Of a stretch of DNA of 64,000 nt, positions 39,478-48,453 are shown one piece after another. This DNA is from an uncultured Chthonomonadaceae bacterium (lineage in GTDB: Bacteria > Armatimonadota > Chthonomonadetes > Chthonomonadales > Chthonomonadaceae): positions 224,001 to 288,000 of the forward strand of contig CAWIEK010000049.1 in NCBI GenBank assembly GCA_963835065.1. The letters run 5' to 3'. Positions within the stretch are counted from its first letter, which is position 1. Each line of letters begins with the position of its first letter. The position numbers and the translations under genes are program-made. A model generated the notes under the pieces. It searched no databases, had not been told where the DNA came from, and was given only the letters and a program-made list of their open reading frames with translations.

Positions 39478-40866
39478 ATGAAACACAATCGAATAAACAA
39501 GTATGCCATCGGATTAGCAGCGCTGTGTTCGCTGATGTCGTGGGGCAGTATCATGGGCGCGTCGGCACAGGTACGGGCGGCGGCACAAACGCGAACCATC
39601 GCGCTGGAAGCGGGTTCCGTTATTCCCGTCAAACTGGATGACGCGCTGAGTTCCAAGAATTCGCGCAAGGGCGATACGTTCACGGCGACCATTCGCAACG
39701 ATACCGATACGGATTATTATCGGCTGCCTGCGGGAACGCGGGTGGAAGGCGTTGTGCGGGACGTGCGTTCGCAGAAAGACAAAGATCCCGGTGTGCTGGA
39801 CCTGGACTTTCGGCGGCTGCGGTTCCCGGATGGCAAGTCGTATGCCATTGAAGGATCACTTATTGGATTGGACAACAAGAGCGTGGAAAAGCGCTCGGAT
39901 GGCCGCCTGGTTGCCAAGCCGGGACATTCGACGGATCGCCTGACCTACGTGGGCTACGGCGCGGGAGCCGGCTTGATTGTGGGATTACTGACGAAGCATG
40001 GCATAGAAGATACAGTGCTTGGCGGCGGGCTGGGGTATTTGTTCGGTTCGCTTCAAAAGGGCGGGTCGCAGCCTCGTGATGTATCGCTGAAGCAGGGAAC
40101 GGAACTTGGCGTTCGCATGGATAAGGCGGTCTCCCTGGCGAGCTACAGCAGTCAAGACGATTTCAACAATCGTAATCGCGCTGATGGCAGCCGTAACCCG
40201 AACATCAATAGCCAAAACCAGAATGACGATGTTCGTAATCATCGCGCAGACGGCAATGGCAGCGACAGCAATTCGCGTTATCGCCGGGACGATCAGGGCA
40301 ATACTACCGACACCCGGAACAATCGCCCGGATGATCGCGGCAATCGTGGCAATCAGGATGGCCGGGACATCGCTGCGGATCGGGATCGGGGCAACAGTTC
40401 GGACATCGGCATGATGATCGGGGATCGGAATGTGACTTTCGCGTCCACTGCGCGTCCGTTCCTTTCGAAGGGTGTGGTTATGCTTCCGGTGCGCCCCGTG
40501 CTGGATGCCGCGCATATCCCGTTCACCTATGACGCGCCAAGTCAGCAGGTGCGGGCGACGGGGGATGGCGGCAGAGTCCGCTTGGCGCTCAACAGTTCCA
40601 TTGCCGTTGTGGATGGAAACCGGCGCGTCAATCTGGGTGCGCCCGCGCAGCGATTGAACGGAACGCTGTACGTTCCCATGCGCTTCTTCGGCCTGGTAAC
40701 GGGCAACGAAGCCACTTACGATGCGGGCAGCCGTACGGTGGTGATGAACCCCCGCGACAGCGGCGATAACAACCGGCGCAGCCGCGACGACAATGGCCGC
40801 AACCGGGATGACAACCGCCCCAATCGGGACGATAATGGGCGCAGCCGCGATAATGGCGGAAACTAA
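39478..40866 (+). CDS. Secreted protein with N-terminal beta domain/glycine zipper and C-terminal copper-amine-oxidase N-terminal-like domain
   Basis: Signal peptide; GSVIPVKLDDALSS...GDTF; PF...G.VMLPVR...APAQRLNGTLYVPMRFF...YDAGSRTV. Confidence 0.7.
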   Translation: MKHNRINKYAIGLAALCSLMSWGSIMGASAQVRAAAQTRTIALEAGSVIPVKLDDALSSKNSRKGDTFTATIRNDTDTDYYRLPAGTRVEGVVRDVRSQKDKDPGVLDLDFRRLRFPDGKSYAIEGSLIGLDNKSVEKRSDGRLVAKPGHSTDRLTYVGYGAGAGLIVGLLTKHGIEDTVLGGGLGYLFGSLQKGGSQPRDVSLKQGTELGVRMDKAVSLASYSSQDDFNNRNRADGSRNPNINSQNQNDDVRNHRADGNGSDSNSRYRRDDQGNTTDTRNNRPDDRGNRGNQDGRDIAADRDRGNSSDIGMMIGDRNVTFASTARPFLSKGVVMLPVRPVLDAAHIPFTYDAPSQQVRATGDGGRVRLALNSSIAVVDGNRRVNLGAPAQRLNGTLYVPMRFFGLVTGNEATYDAGSRTVVMNPRDSGDNNRRSRDDNGRNRDDNRPNRDDNGRSRDNGGN

Positions 40867-41017
40867 ATAGTTGATAGTTGATAGTTGATAGTTTGTAGTT
40901 GATAGGGAGGCAGGAACTTCGCGCTTTCACCTCTTCCTTGCTTACTACACTGATGCCAAAGATGCAGGATGAGAAGCCCCAACGCAAATTGTGTTTGGGC
41001 TTCTTGTCGTTTGCCTC

Positions 41018-41046
41018 TTGCAATCCTGTTAAGTATGGTGTATAAT
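41018..41046 (+). promoter_or_regulatory. Sigma-70 promoter of tRNA-Ala
   Basis: TTGCAA-N17-TATAAT. Confidence 0.75.
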
Positions 41047-41097
41047 AGCAGGTGTCGTTCCCAAGACGATAACCATTCTTATGCGAAATAGTGATGC

Positions 41098-41170
41098 GGG
41101 GCTGTAGCTCAGTTGGGAGAGCGCTTCAATGGCATTGAAGAGGTCAGGAGTTCGAGCCTCCTCTGCTCCA
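41098..41170 (+). tRNA. tRNA-Ala(GGC)
   Basis: GGGGCTG...CTGCTCC-A acceptor stem with G3:U70, TAGCTCAGTTGGGAGAGC D arm, GGC anticodon, GTTCGAGC T loop; CCA not encoded. Confidence 0.95.
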
Positions 41171-41173
41171 TCC

Positions 41174-41216
41174 GCGAAAGGCGCGACGCTCAGACGTCGC
41201 GCCTTTCGCTTTTTTC
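41174..41216 (+). terminator. Intrinsic terminator after tRNA-Ala
   Basis: GCGAAAGGCGCGACG / CGTCGCGCCTTTCGC stem followed by T-run. Confidence 0.85.
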
Positions 41217-41329
41217 CGTGATAATTCCACAACCACAAGGAAACTATGCCCGCATTGGTGAATAGTGGGAAGGCAGTTGGTTCAACCCTGCTGACATCAG
41301 AGTGACGTGAGGAAAGGAATCGCATCCCG

Positions 41330-42469
41330 ATGGAACTCAATCTTGATAAAATGATTCTCGACGCATTTGTGGAATCTTCCTCCGACCTGTTTCTCAAATC
41401 GGACAGCCTGCCGTCCATCCGCAAGCACGGGCGGATTGCGCGGCTGGAGGGCTATGAGCAGCTTACGCTGGCGCAGGTGAAGGAACTGGTGTACAGTAAA
41501 ATGACGCCGCACCAGCAGGCGGTTTTCGAGCAGCACCATGAAATGGACCTTGCGTTCTCCGTAGGCAAAGAGCTGCGTATCCGCATGAACATTTACATGC
41601 AGCGCGGCGGCCCTGCGACAGTCTGCCGCTTGATACCCACCAACATCCGGTCCCTGGATGAACTCGGCGTCCCGCCCAAAGTGAAAGATTTTACCACGCA
41701 CCGCAACGGGCTTGTTCTCATAACGGGTCCGACGGGATCGGGCAAGACCACCACGCTTGCCGCCATGATTGACCTGATCAATCAGCATCGCAAAGTCAAC
41801 ATCATTACGCTGGAAGACCCCATCGAATTTGTGCATGTGGACAAGGAAGCGATTGTCAGCCAGCGCGAAGTCGGCATTGACACGGATAACTTCAATGTCG
41901 CCCTGCGCCATGTGCTGCGCCAAGCGCCGGACATTATTCTCATCGGAGAAATGCGCGACCTGGAAACCATGAACATCGCGCTGCAGGCGGCGGAAACCGG
42001 CCACCTTGTTTTTGCCACGGTTCACACGGCGAGCGCGGCGGAAACGCTGGATCGTATTTCCAATATGTACGCGCCGCATGAGCGTCCGATGCTATGGCTG
42101 CGCATGTCGGTCACGCTGCGCGGCGTTTTGTCACAGAAACTGCTGCCCCGAGCCGATGGCAAGGGCCGCGTGGCGGCTATCGAAGTGATGGACGTGACGC
42201 CTACCATTCAGAAGATGCTGGAAGATGGCAAATCCGATGAAATCTATTCGGCCATTCGGCAGGCGGGCACGGAAGCGTACTGGGGCATGCAGACCATGAA
42301 CCAATGCCTGCTGCGCTATTACAAAGCGGGCATCATTTCGGAACAGGACGCGCTTTCCAATGCGGGGCAGCCGACGGAATTGAAGCAGTTGATTCGTATG
42401 GCGTATCAACGCGGCGAAGTGGCCGCGCCGGTCGGTTCGGCACAGAGCAACGCCGCCGCACCACGATAG
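41330..42469 (+). CDS. pilT: Type IV pilus retraction ATPase PilT/PilU family
   Basis: GPTGSGKTTT, TLEDPIE, QREVG.D, LRQAPD.ILIGEMRD, AAETGHLV.ATVH, GMQTM. Confidence 0.9.
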   Translation: MELNLDKMILDAFVESSSDLFLKSDSLPSIRKHGRIARLEGYEQLTLAQVKELVYSKMTPHQQAVFEQHHEMDLAFSVGKELRIRMNIYMQRGGPATVCRLIPTNIRSLDELGVPPKVKDFTTHRNGLVLITGPTGSGKTTTLAAMIDLINQHRKVNIITLEDPIEFVHVDKEAIVSQREVGIDTDNFNVALRHVLRQAPDIILIGEMRDLETMNIALQAAETGHLVFATVHTASAAETLDRISNMYAPHERPMLWLRMSVTLRGVLSQKLLPRADGKGRVAAIEVMDVTPTIQKMLEDGKSDEIYSAIRQAGTEAYWGMQTMNQCLLRYYKAGIISEQDALSNAGQPTELKQLIRMAYQRGEVAAPVGSAQSNAAAPR

Positions 42470-42781
42470 TACACTGCGGATAACGAGCGGCCACATCAAA
42501 GGAGCAGCCGAGTCGTGAACCATTCGGCTGATAAGCCCCCGGCCAACCGGTCTGCGACCGGGATACCCGGACTCAGATAGCCTGTTTGCCTCCCTTTCAT
42601 GTAAGAAGACCTCTTGTATTGGCAATGTCCAATGTGAGAGGTCTTCTTGTTGGTTGTTACCGGGGTATTTTTGGCTTCTATCCGGCAGACTGAGTGAGAA
42701 GGAAGGCGAGACGGGGTACAATAACATCATTACATCAACACAATGTCACTCTCGAAACGTTGAGTATAGGATAATCAGAAC

Positions 42782-43567
42782 ATGGCGGGAATTATGGAGG
42801 GCCGGCGGGTGCTGGTCACGGGTGTACGGAACAAGTGGTCTATCGCCTGGCACACGGCGCTATCGCTGCACCGCGAAGGGGCGGAGTTGGCGTTTTCGGT
42901 GTTTGGGGAACGGGAAGCCGGCGGCGTGACGAAACTGCTGCGCGATGCCGGGTTTGAGTCGCCGATTATTTCCTGCGATGCGTCCGATGAGGCGCAGGTG
43001 GACGCGCTGTTTACGCAGTTGCATACGCCCTTTGAGGGAAAATTGGACGGCCTGCTGCACGGCATCGCGTTTTCCAATAAGGATGATTTGAGCGGGGAGT
43101 ATGTCGCCACTTCCAAAGCCGGGTTTACGCTGGCGCATGAAAACAGCGCGTATACGCTGGTGGCGCTGGCGCGTGGGGCGCGTCCGATGATGCAGGCGGC
43201 GGGCGGGGGCAGCGTGGTCACGCTTACGTACCTGGGGTCTGAGCGCGTGGTTCCGAACTACAACATTATGGGCGTTGCCAAAGCGTCACTGGAAGCGAGC
43301 GTTCGTTACCTGGCTTCGGATTTGGGGCCGGACAACATTCGCGTGAACGCTATCTCGGCGGGGCCAATCAAGACGCTGGCGGCAAGCGCGATTGCCAATT
43401 TTGACACGATGCTCAAACAGTTTGCGGAACGCGCCCCGCTGCGCCGGGCGGTGGACGCGGATGAAGTAGGGGATGCGGTGATGTTCCTGTTGAGTCGGCT
43501 GGCGCGCGGAATTACGGGCGAAGTGATTTACGTGGACGGCGGATACAACATCATGGGAATGCTTTAA
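42782..43567 (+). CDS. fabI: Enoyl-ACP reductase (NADH)
   Basis: SIAW, LTYLGS, YNIMGVAKASLE, RVNAISAGPIKTLA, ITGEVIYVDGG. Confidence 0.95.
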   Translation: MAGIMEGRRVLVTGVRNKWSIAWHTALSLHREGAELAFSVFGEREAGGVTKLLRDAGFESPIISCDASDEAQVDALFTQLHTPFEGKLDGLLHGIAFSNKDDLSGEYVATSKAGFTLAHENSAYTLVALARGARPMMQAAGGGSVVTLTYLGSERVVPNYNIMGVAKASLEASVRYLASDLGPDNIRVNAISAGPIKTLAASAIANFDTMLKQFAERAPLRRAVDADEVGDAVMFLLSRLARGITGEVIYVDGGYNIMGML

Positions 43568-43653
43568 ATTCGGTGTTCGGTATTCGGTAATCGGTAGTTG
43601 GATTCACAGGTATTTTCTTCCAATTTGGGGAAGCCTGTAGATGGAGAACTCGA

Positions 43654-44769
43654 GTGACACAAACGGGGATGATTCCGTTTCCGCGTATTTTGCTGGGGCC
43701 GGGACCGAGCAGCGTGACGCCGCGTGTGCTGGAAGCGCTGGCTCGCGCTCCTATCGGGTATCTGGACCCGGAACTGTTTACATTACTGGAGGCTATGCGC
43801 GGAAATCTGCGGACGGTGTTTGGAACGAAAAACGATTTCACCATTCCTCTGACGGGCACGGGCATGGCAGGCATGGAGTGCTGCCTTGCCAATCTGCTGG
43901 AACCGGGAGATACGGTTGTCATCGGAATTGCAGGCTTCTTTGGCGGGCGCATGGCGGAAATCAGCCGACGATTGGGCGCTCAGGTGATTGAAGTTCAGGC
44001 GGAGTGGGGGCGTGTTCTGGAACCTGAGCAGTTTGCCGCCGCGCTTAAATCGCTGACGAACGTAAAATTGGTCGGCTGCGTACATGCGGAGACTTCGACG
44101 GGCGTACATCAGCCGCTGGAAGCGATTGTCGCTCTGGCGCATCAGCATAGCGCGTTGTTTTTGGCGGACGCGGTAACATCTTTGGGCGGACTTCCCGTAG
44201 ACATAGATAACGTGGGCATAGACGTTTGTTATTCCGGTACGCAGAAGTGCATGGGAGCGCCGCCCGGACTATCGCCACTGACGGTTTCGGAGCGCGCGCT
44301 GGAAACGGCGTGGAACCGGAAAACACCGCTTGCCGATTGGTTCTTCGATTGGAAGCTGTTGCGCGATTATTATGATGGCGCTCATGCGTATCATCATACG
44401 GTTCCCGTAAACTTGTACTATGCGCTTGATGCCGCGCTTGAAGAGATGATGGAAGAGGGTCTGGAAGCGCGGTTTGCGCGGCATCGGGCAGTCAGCGCGC
44501 AGTTGATGTCGGGCCTTTCCAATTTGGGGATTGAGCCGTTCGCGCAGGAAGGGCATCGGCTGCCGACGCTGAACGCCGTAGCAATTCCGAGTGGCGTGAG
44601 TGATGAAGCGGCGGTACGCAAGCGCCTGCTGATGGAATACGGACTGGAAATCGGCGGCGGGTTGGGGGCGTTGAAGGGCAAAATCTGGCGTATCGGCACT
44701 ATGGGCGCTTCGGCGACGCATCGCAATGTGACCCTGCTGCTGGCGGCATTGAAAGAAGTCCTGGATTGA
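43654..44769 (+). CDS. Alanine--glyoxylate / serine--pyruvate aminotransferase (class V)
   Basis: LLGPGPS, VHAETSTG, DAVTSLGG, YSGTQKC, YHHT, WRIGTMG. Confidence 0.92.
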   Translation: MTQTGMIPFPRILLGPGPSSVTPRVLEALARAPIGYLDPELFTLLEAMRGNLRTVFGTKNDFTIPLTGTGMAGMECCLANLLEPGDTVVIGIAGFFGGRMAEISRRLGAQVIEVQAEWGRVLEPEQFAAALKSLTNVKLVGCVHAETSTGVHQPLEAIVALAHQHSALFLADAVTSLGGLPVDIDNVGIDVCYSGTQKCMGAPPGLSPLTVSERALETAWNRKTPLADWFFDWKLLRDYYDGAHAYHHTVPVNLYYALDAALEEMMEEGLEARFARHRAVSAQLMSGLSNLGIEPFAQEGHRLPTLNAVAIPSGVSDEAAVRKRLLMEYGLEIGGGLGALKGKIWRIGTMGASATHRNVTLLLAALKEVLD

Positions 44770-44819
44770 ACGTGCTATTGTGATCAAGCGCATTTACGGA
44801 AGACGCGAGGATTTATCTG

Positions 44820-45812
44820 ATGGGGCTTTTTCCAAAAGAGATGGAAGTTGGCAATGTGAGTTTGGGATCGGCTCCCAAGCGGATGCAGTGGACTCGTGAG
44901 CGGGGAACGCGCCGTCTGCTGGCGGGGCTTGCTATAATCACTGCCGCCTGGTTTGCGTATTCGCAGGTACAGGATCATATCCTGCTGCAAGCGCATTGGG
45001 AACGGCTGGCTCCCAATACACAGGGATTGACGCTTGTCGGTACGCTGAATTCACGGGACAGTTATGATCGCAACCTGATTAAGATTATTACGGCCAACAA
45101 ATCTTCGCGGGTGGTGCTGACGGAATATGGATGGAAGACGATATTCGACGTTCGGAACGGACCGTTGTTTGATGACCAGGCTTCCGGCGCGATTCAGGCG
45201 GCCTTGAAGCAGGATGATGTGGTGGGCTATGCCATGCTGACGCCCTTCCTGCGCGGCGCGCTTGAAAAACAGATGGGGGACGCAAGCGCCTTTAAAGCCG
45301 TGCGCGAGGAACTTCCGATCACGATCCCCAAGCATACCAAAGACGGGCATGAGGAGCAAACTACGCTCGGAAATCTGCTGCGCCGCTATGAGGGGCAGGG
45401 AGCGCAGGAGGGGGCGGAGCCAAGCGATGTGCCGGAATCAGGCAGCGGCAGCGGCAGGGAAAAAGAAATCAATGTTACCATTCCGGCGGAGACTCTGGTG
45501 TTGGCCTGCCCGGTAGTGCTGACGGACAAACAGATTGCCGGCGCGTGGCTGGAAGAGGTACAGGGCAATCTGCTGACGCCAACCTCGTATACAATCCATC
45601 TGGATTTATCGCCGGAAGGCAGATCGCGCTTTTTCCAATGGTCGCATGAGCATGTGAATGAGAACATCGCTTTTGTGCTGAATGGACAAGTGGTTGCCGC
45701 GCCCCGCGTGACGCAAACCCTGAACGTAAGCGACTTTTCGGTCAACAACGTGCAGGATAAAAAGGCGGCTCAATCGGTGGTGGATTATCTTTCGCAGCAC
45801 AGCAGCAAGTAG
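44820..45812 (+). CDS. Membrane-anchored protein with SecD P1-head-like C-terminal domain
   Basis: One N-terminal TM; IHLDLSPEGRSRF...ENIAFVLNGQVVAAPRV resembles the SecD head. Confidence 0.55.
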   Translation: MGLFPKEMEVGNVSLGSAPKRMQWTRERGTRRLLAGLAIITAAWFAYSQVQDHILLQAHWERLAPNTQGLTLVGTLNSRDSYDRNLIKIITANKSSRVVLTEYGWKTIFDVRNGPLFDDQASGAIQAALKQDDVVGYAMLTPFLRGALEKQMGDASAFKAVREELPITIPKHTKDGHEEQTTLGNLLRRYEGQGAQEGAEPSDVPESGSGSGREKEINVTIPAETLVLACPVVLTDKQIAGAWLEEVQGNLLTPTSYTIHLDLSPEGRSRFFQWSHEHVNENIAFVLNGQVVAAPRVTQTLNVSDFSVNNVQDKKAAQSVVDYLSQHSSK

Positions 45813-45869
45813 AAGGTGCATGTAGCCTATTGGGCATAGTCGCCTATAGGCAAGTTCCCCAATAGGTGA

Positions 45870-46006
45870 ACTTGCATAGGAAGTCAGAATAGAGTGGAAA
45901 CAGCGGAGCCGCGTCGCGGCTCCGAATTTTTTGTGCGGGCGTACGCCCGCACAAAAAATTCGTTTGATGGTAAGTCACCTTCCTGTACCACTACATTATC
46001 GGACGT
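45870..46006. repeat. Double-hairpin element with XerC/dif-like arm, copy 2
   Basis: 10-bp hairpin 45904-45924, perfect 40-bp palindrome 45923-45962, TACATTATCGGACGT at 45992-46006. Confidence 0.65.
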
Positions 46007-46126
46007 TTCAAAGAGTTTCAAAGGGTTCCATTAGTACATTAAGGGTTCCCCGCACGAAAGGGATAGGTTCACGAGAAGGGATAGGTTCACGATGTTGTAG
46101 AATTTCTTTGACCGCCCGAAAAGCCA

Positions 46127-46507
46127 TCAGTTGCCGTCGCTGATTCCCCATTTAAACTCTCGATATTGTATCTGCGATACGATCTTTGAAGTTAGCAGTA
46201 CCTTGTCAGTGCGAGGAGTAGGCTTCCTGAAGCCACTCAACAACCGTTTCAATCGTCTAAATGTTCGCACCTCCGTTTTGCATCTCAACGTGTCTGGTAA
46301 AACACTCCAGTTTGAAGGATCAAACTCTATCTCCTTCAGTTTCAAATAGGTCATGTGTCCAGTTAAAGTAAACGCTATTTGGATGTCAGGCTGGTACCCT
46401 TAGAGCATCTGCTTGTTGGTATGATGGAATTGCGGTGGATACGCAGAAGCGATCTCCTGAGCAACAAATGTCAGTCGGGATATCTGATTTTCCGAGAAAG
46501 GTTGCAT
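46127..46507 (-). pseudogene. AT-rich orphan ORF interrupted by an in-frame TAA
   Basis: MQPFSENQISRL...KQML* continues in frame as GYQPDIQ...MTYLKLKEIEF (ORF 46127-46354); low GC. Confidence 0.35.
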
Positions 46508-46531
46508 CAAGGGGCAATGTCTCCAATCTGC

Positions 46532-47401
46532 TTACAAGGACTCGATTTGGTTTATCTGTAGTGATATTAACGTGCCCCCGGCGATCAATAACAGTTCCCG
46601 AATCTGTGGCAGCAGGGCTTGCATGTTTGCCGTCACGGCTTGATGATCTACGGGGTCGGATGTCAGGCCGGCTCCATAGTTCGTGACGATGCCGAGCGCG
46701 GCGTATTCCAGACCGGCTTCACGGGCAAATACCGCTTCCGGCAGGCCGGTCATACCTACCACGTCACCGCCCCATTGCGCGAACAAACGCACTTCGGCGG
46801 GACTCTCAAAGCGGGGGCCATCGCAGCACACATACGTGCCTTGTGGCCGGAGCGTAATACCGCTCTGATGGGCCACTTCCATGACGACCCTGCGCAGGAG
46901 GGGACTGTAGGGCGTGGAAAAATCAACGTGGGACCAGGCTTCATCGGGCGCGAAGTAGGTAAGTGGGCGTGTCCGGGTAAAATCTATAAAATCGTCGAGC
47001 AGCACGAGCGAACCGGGCGCAATATCCATACGCAGCGATCCGACCGCGTTTGTGGCAAATACATAGCGGACGCCCAGTTGCTTTAACGCGGCGATGTTGG
47101 CGCGATAATTGATCTGATGGGGAGCCAATCCATGTGTAACCCCGTGCCGCGCCAGAAAGTAGAGTTTGTACGGCTCGACGTAATTATTGGATACGCTTAA
47201 AACGCGCGCCGAACCATGCGGGGTTTGCAGTTCCATCGGTTCCGCATAAATTTCGGGCGGCATCTCCTCGAAACCCGTCCCGCCAATGATAGCAATATGT
47301 CCCTCCGCGGCATCCGGGTCAATGGCCTGCGCGGACTTTGCTGTTTCGGCTGGTTGATATGTATGATTTTGCATGGAAGTTGTACTGCTGTTATTGTTCA
47401 T
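46532..47401 (-). CDS. Methylthioadenosine/purine nucleoside phosphorylase (MTAP family)
   Basis: IIGGTG, LARHG, NYRANI, AVGSL, GPRFESPAE, DVVGMT..PE. Confidence 0.92.
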   Translation of the reverse strand: MNNNSSTTSMQNHTYQPAETAKSAQAIDPDAAEGHIAIIGGTGFEEMPPEIYAEPMELQTPHGSARVLSVSNNYVEPYKLYFLARHGVTHGLAPHQINYRANIAALKQLGVRYVFATNAVGSLRMDIAPGSLVLLDDFIDFTRTRPLTYFAPDEAWSHVDFSTPYSPLLRRVVMEVAHQSGITLRPQGTYVCCDGPRFESPAEVRLFAQWGGDVVGMTGLPEAVFAREAGLEYAALGIVTNYGAGLTSDPVDHQAVTANMQALLPQIRELLLIAGGTLISLQINQIESL

Positions 47402-47527
47402 ATTCGTCTCACAATCAATGATGGAAAATAGTTTACCTTATTAGAAAAATCCGGTTGTTCGGCTTTCGGCCAATCGTCTTACGGACGAAAGAACTTCTGG
47501 CATATTTACGTCGCAGTGTAGTAGGTC

Positions 47528-47556
47528 TTGACACACAGGGATGGGTTCGGTATACT
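47528..47556 (+). promoter_or_regulatory. Sigma-70 promoter
   Basis: TTGACA-N17-TATACT. Confidence 0.75.
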
Positions 47557-47606
47557 CCCCACTAACTATTCCTGTCAGGAAAATAATTCGCAAGAAAATA
47601 ATCGAA

Positions 47607-48452
47607 ATGACGCAAGCAAGTTCTACACCCGCATCAACAGCCAGACGTGACATCAAGCAGGCAGACGGACGCAGTTTTGATCGCATCGCCGTCCGCACCC
47701 ATAAGGTTCTGTTTGGCGAAGATTTGGGCGAAGTGATTGCGCGATATGCGCAGCCACACCTCACGCCCAATTCCATAATTTGCTTATCGGAAAAGTTCGT
47801 CACGATCTGCCAGAACAACGTGCGCCATATCAGCGACGTTCACGATACCTGGCTGGCGCGTTTGATTGTTAAGTATGTTACCAAACATCGCGATGATATT
47901 GGATACTCGCACCCAAAAAAAATGCAGGTCGCCATTGAACTTGCCGGCTATCCGCGCATAATCGCCGCGGTGATCTTAGGGGGAGCAAGCCGCCTGCTGC
48001 TGAAAAGGCGCGGGGATTTCTACCGCATTGCCGGCAACCGCATTTCTGAAATAGACGGCTTTAATCCGGCGGCTATGAAACCTTTCGATGAGTATGCGAT
48101 GCTTCCGCCCCGGCGTCCGAATGAAACGTGCGATGAACTGGCGGCTCGTTTCCAGTGCGGCTGCTACATCATTGACGGCAACAACATCAATGTGGAAGTG
48201 ATCGGCATGAGCCGCAACATGGCCGATTTGAATGTCAATCTCGCAACCGCCCGCCTTCTGATGCTCGACAACCCTATGGGGCAAAACGACGAACTGACAC
48301 CTATTTTCGTGCTGCGTGAAATAAAGATGGAGACGCCTGCTTCCGTAGCCATTAACTCTGCCGACAGCAAGCCGGAGGCCATTGACGCCCAAATCAACGC
48401 TAAAAGCGCTGATGCCACAGAAGCTAAGCGCACAAGCGGCGCTAAGTCGTAA
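47607..48452 (+). CDS. Coenzyme F420-0:gamma-glutamyl ligase (CofE)-like protein
   Basis: RTH.V, LSEK.V.ICQ, MQ.AI..AG.PRI, RGDFYRIAG...IDG, DNPMGQ..E.TPI. Confidence 0.75.
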   Translation: MTQASSTPASTARRDIKQADGRSFDRIAVRTHKVLFGEDLGEVIARYAQPHLTPNSIICLSEKFVTICQNNVRHISDVHDTWLARLIVKYVTKHRDDIGYSHPKKMQVAIELAGYPRIIAAVILGGASRLLLKRRGDFYRIAGNRISEIDGFNPAAMKPFDEYAMLPPRRPNETCDELAARFQCGCYIIDGNNINVEVIGMSRNMADLNVNLATARLLMLDNPMGQNDELTPIFVLREIKMETPASVAINSADSKPEAIDAQINAKSADATEAKRTSGAKS

Positions 48453-48453
48453 C

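Noticed and set aside
40867..40906. Tandem repeats as a CRISPR array
   Set aside because: 7-nt units without unique spacers, and no cas genes. No CRISPR array was found in the window.
41098..41216. tRNA-Ala or tRNA-Pro as prophage/ICE attachment sites
   Set aside because: I saw no duplicated tRNA 3' end and no integrase; the flanking genes are housekeeping.
42540..42600. c-di-GMP-I riboswitch on the minus strand (GGCAAAC)
   Set aside because: Lacks the GAAA tetraloop/receptor and the GACGCAAA junction, and there is no downstream minus-strand gene.
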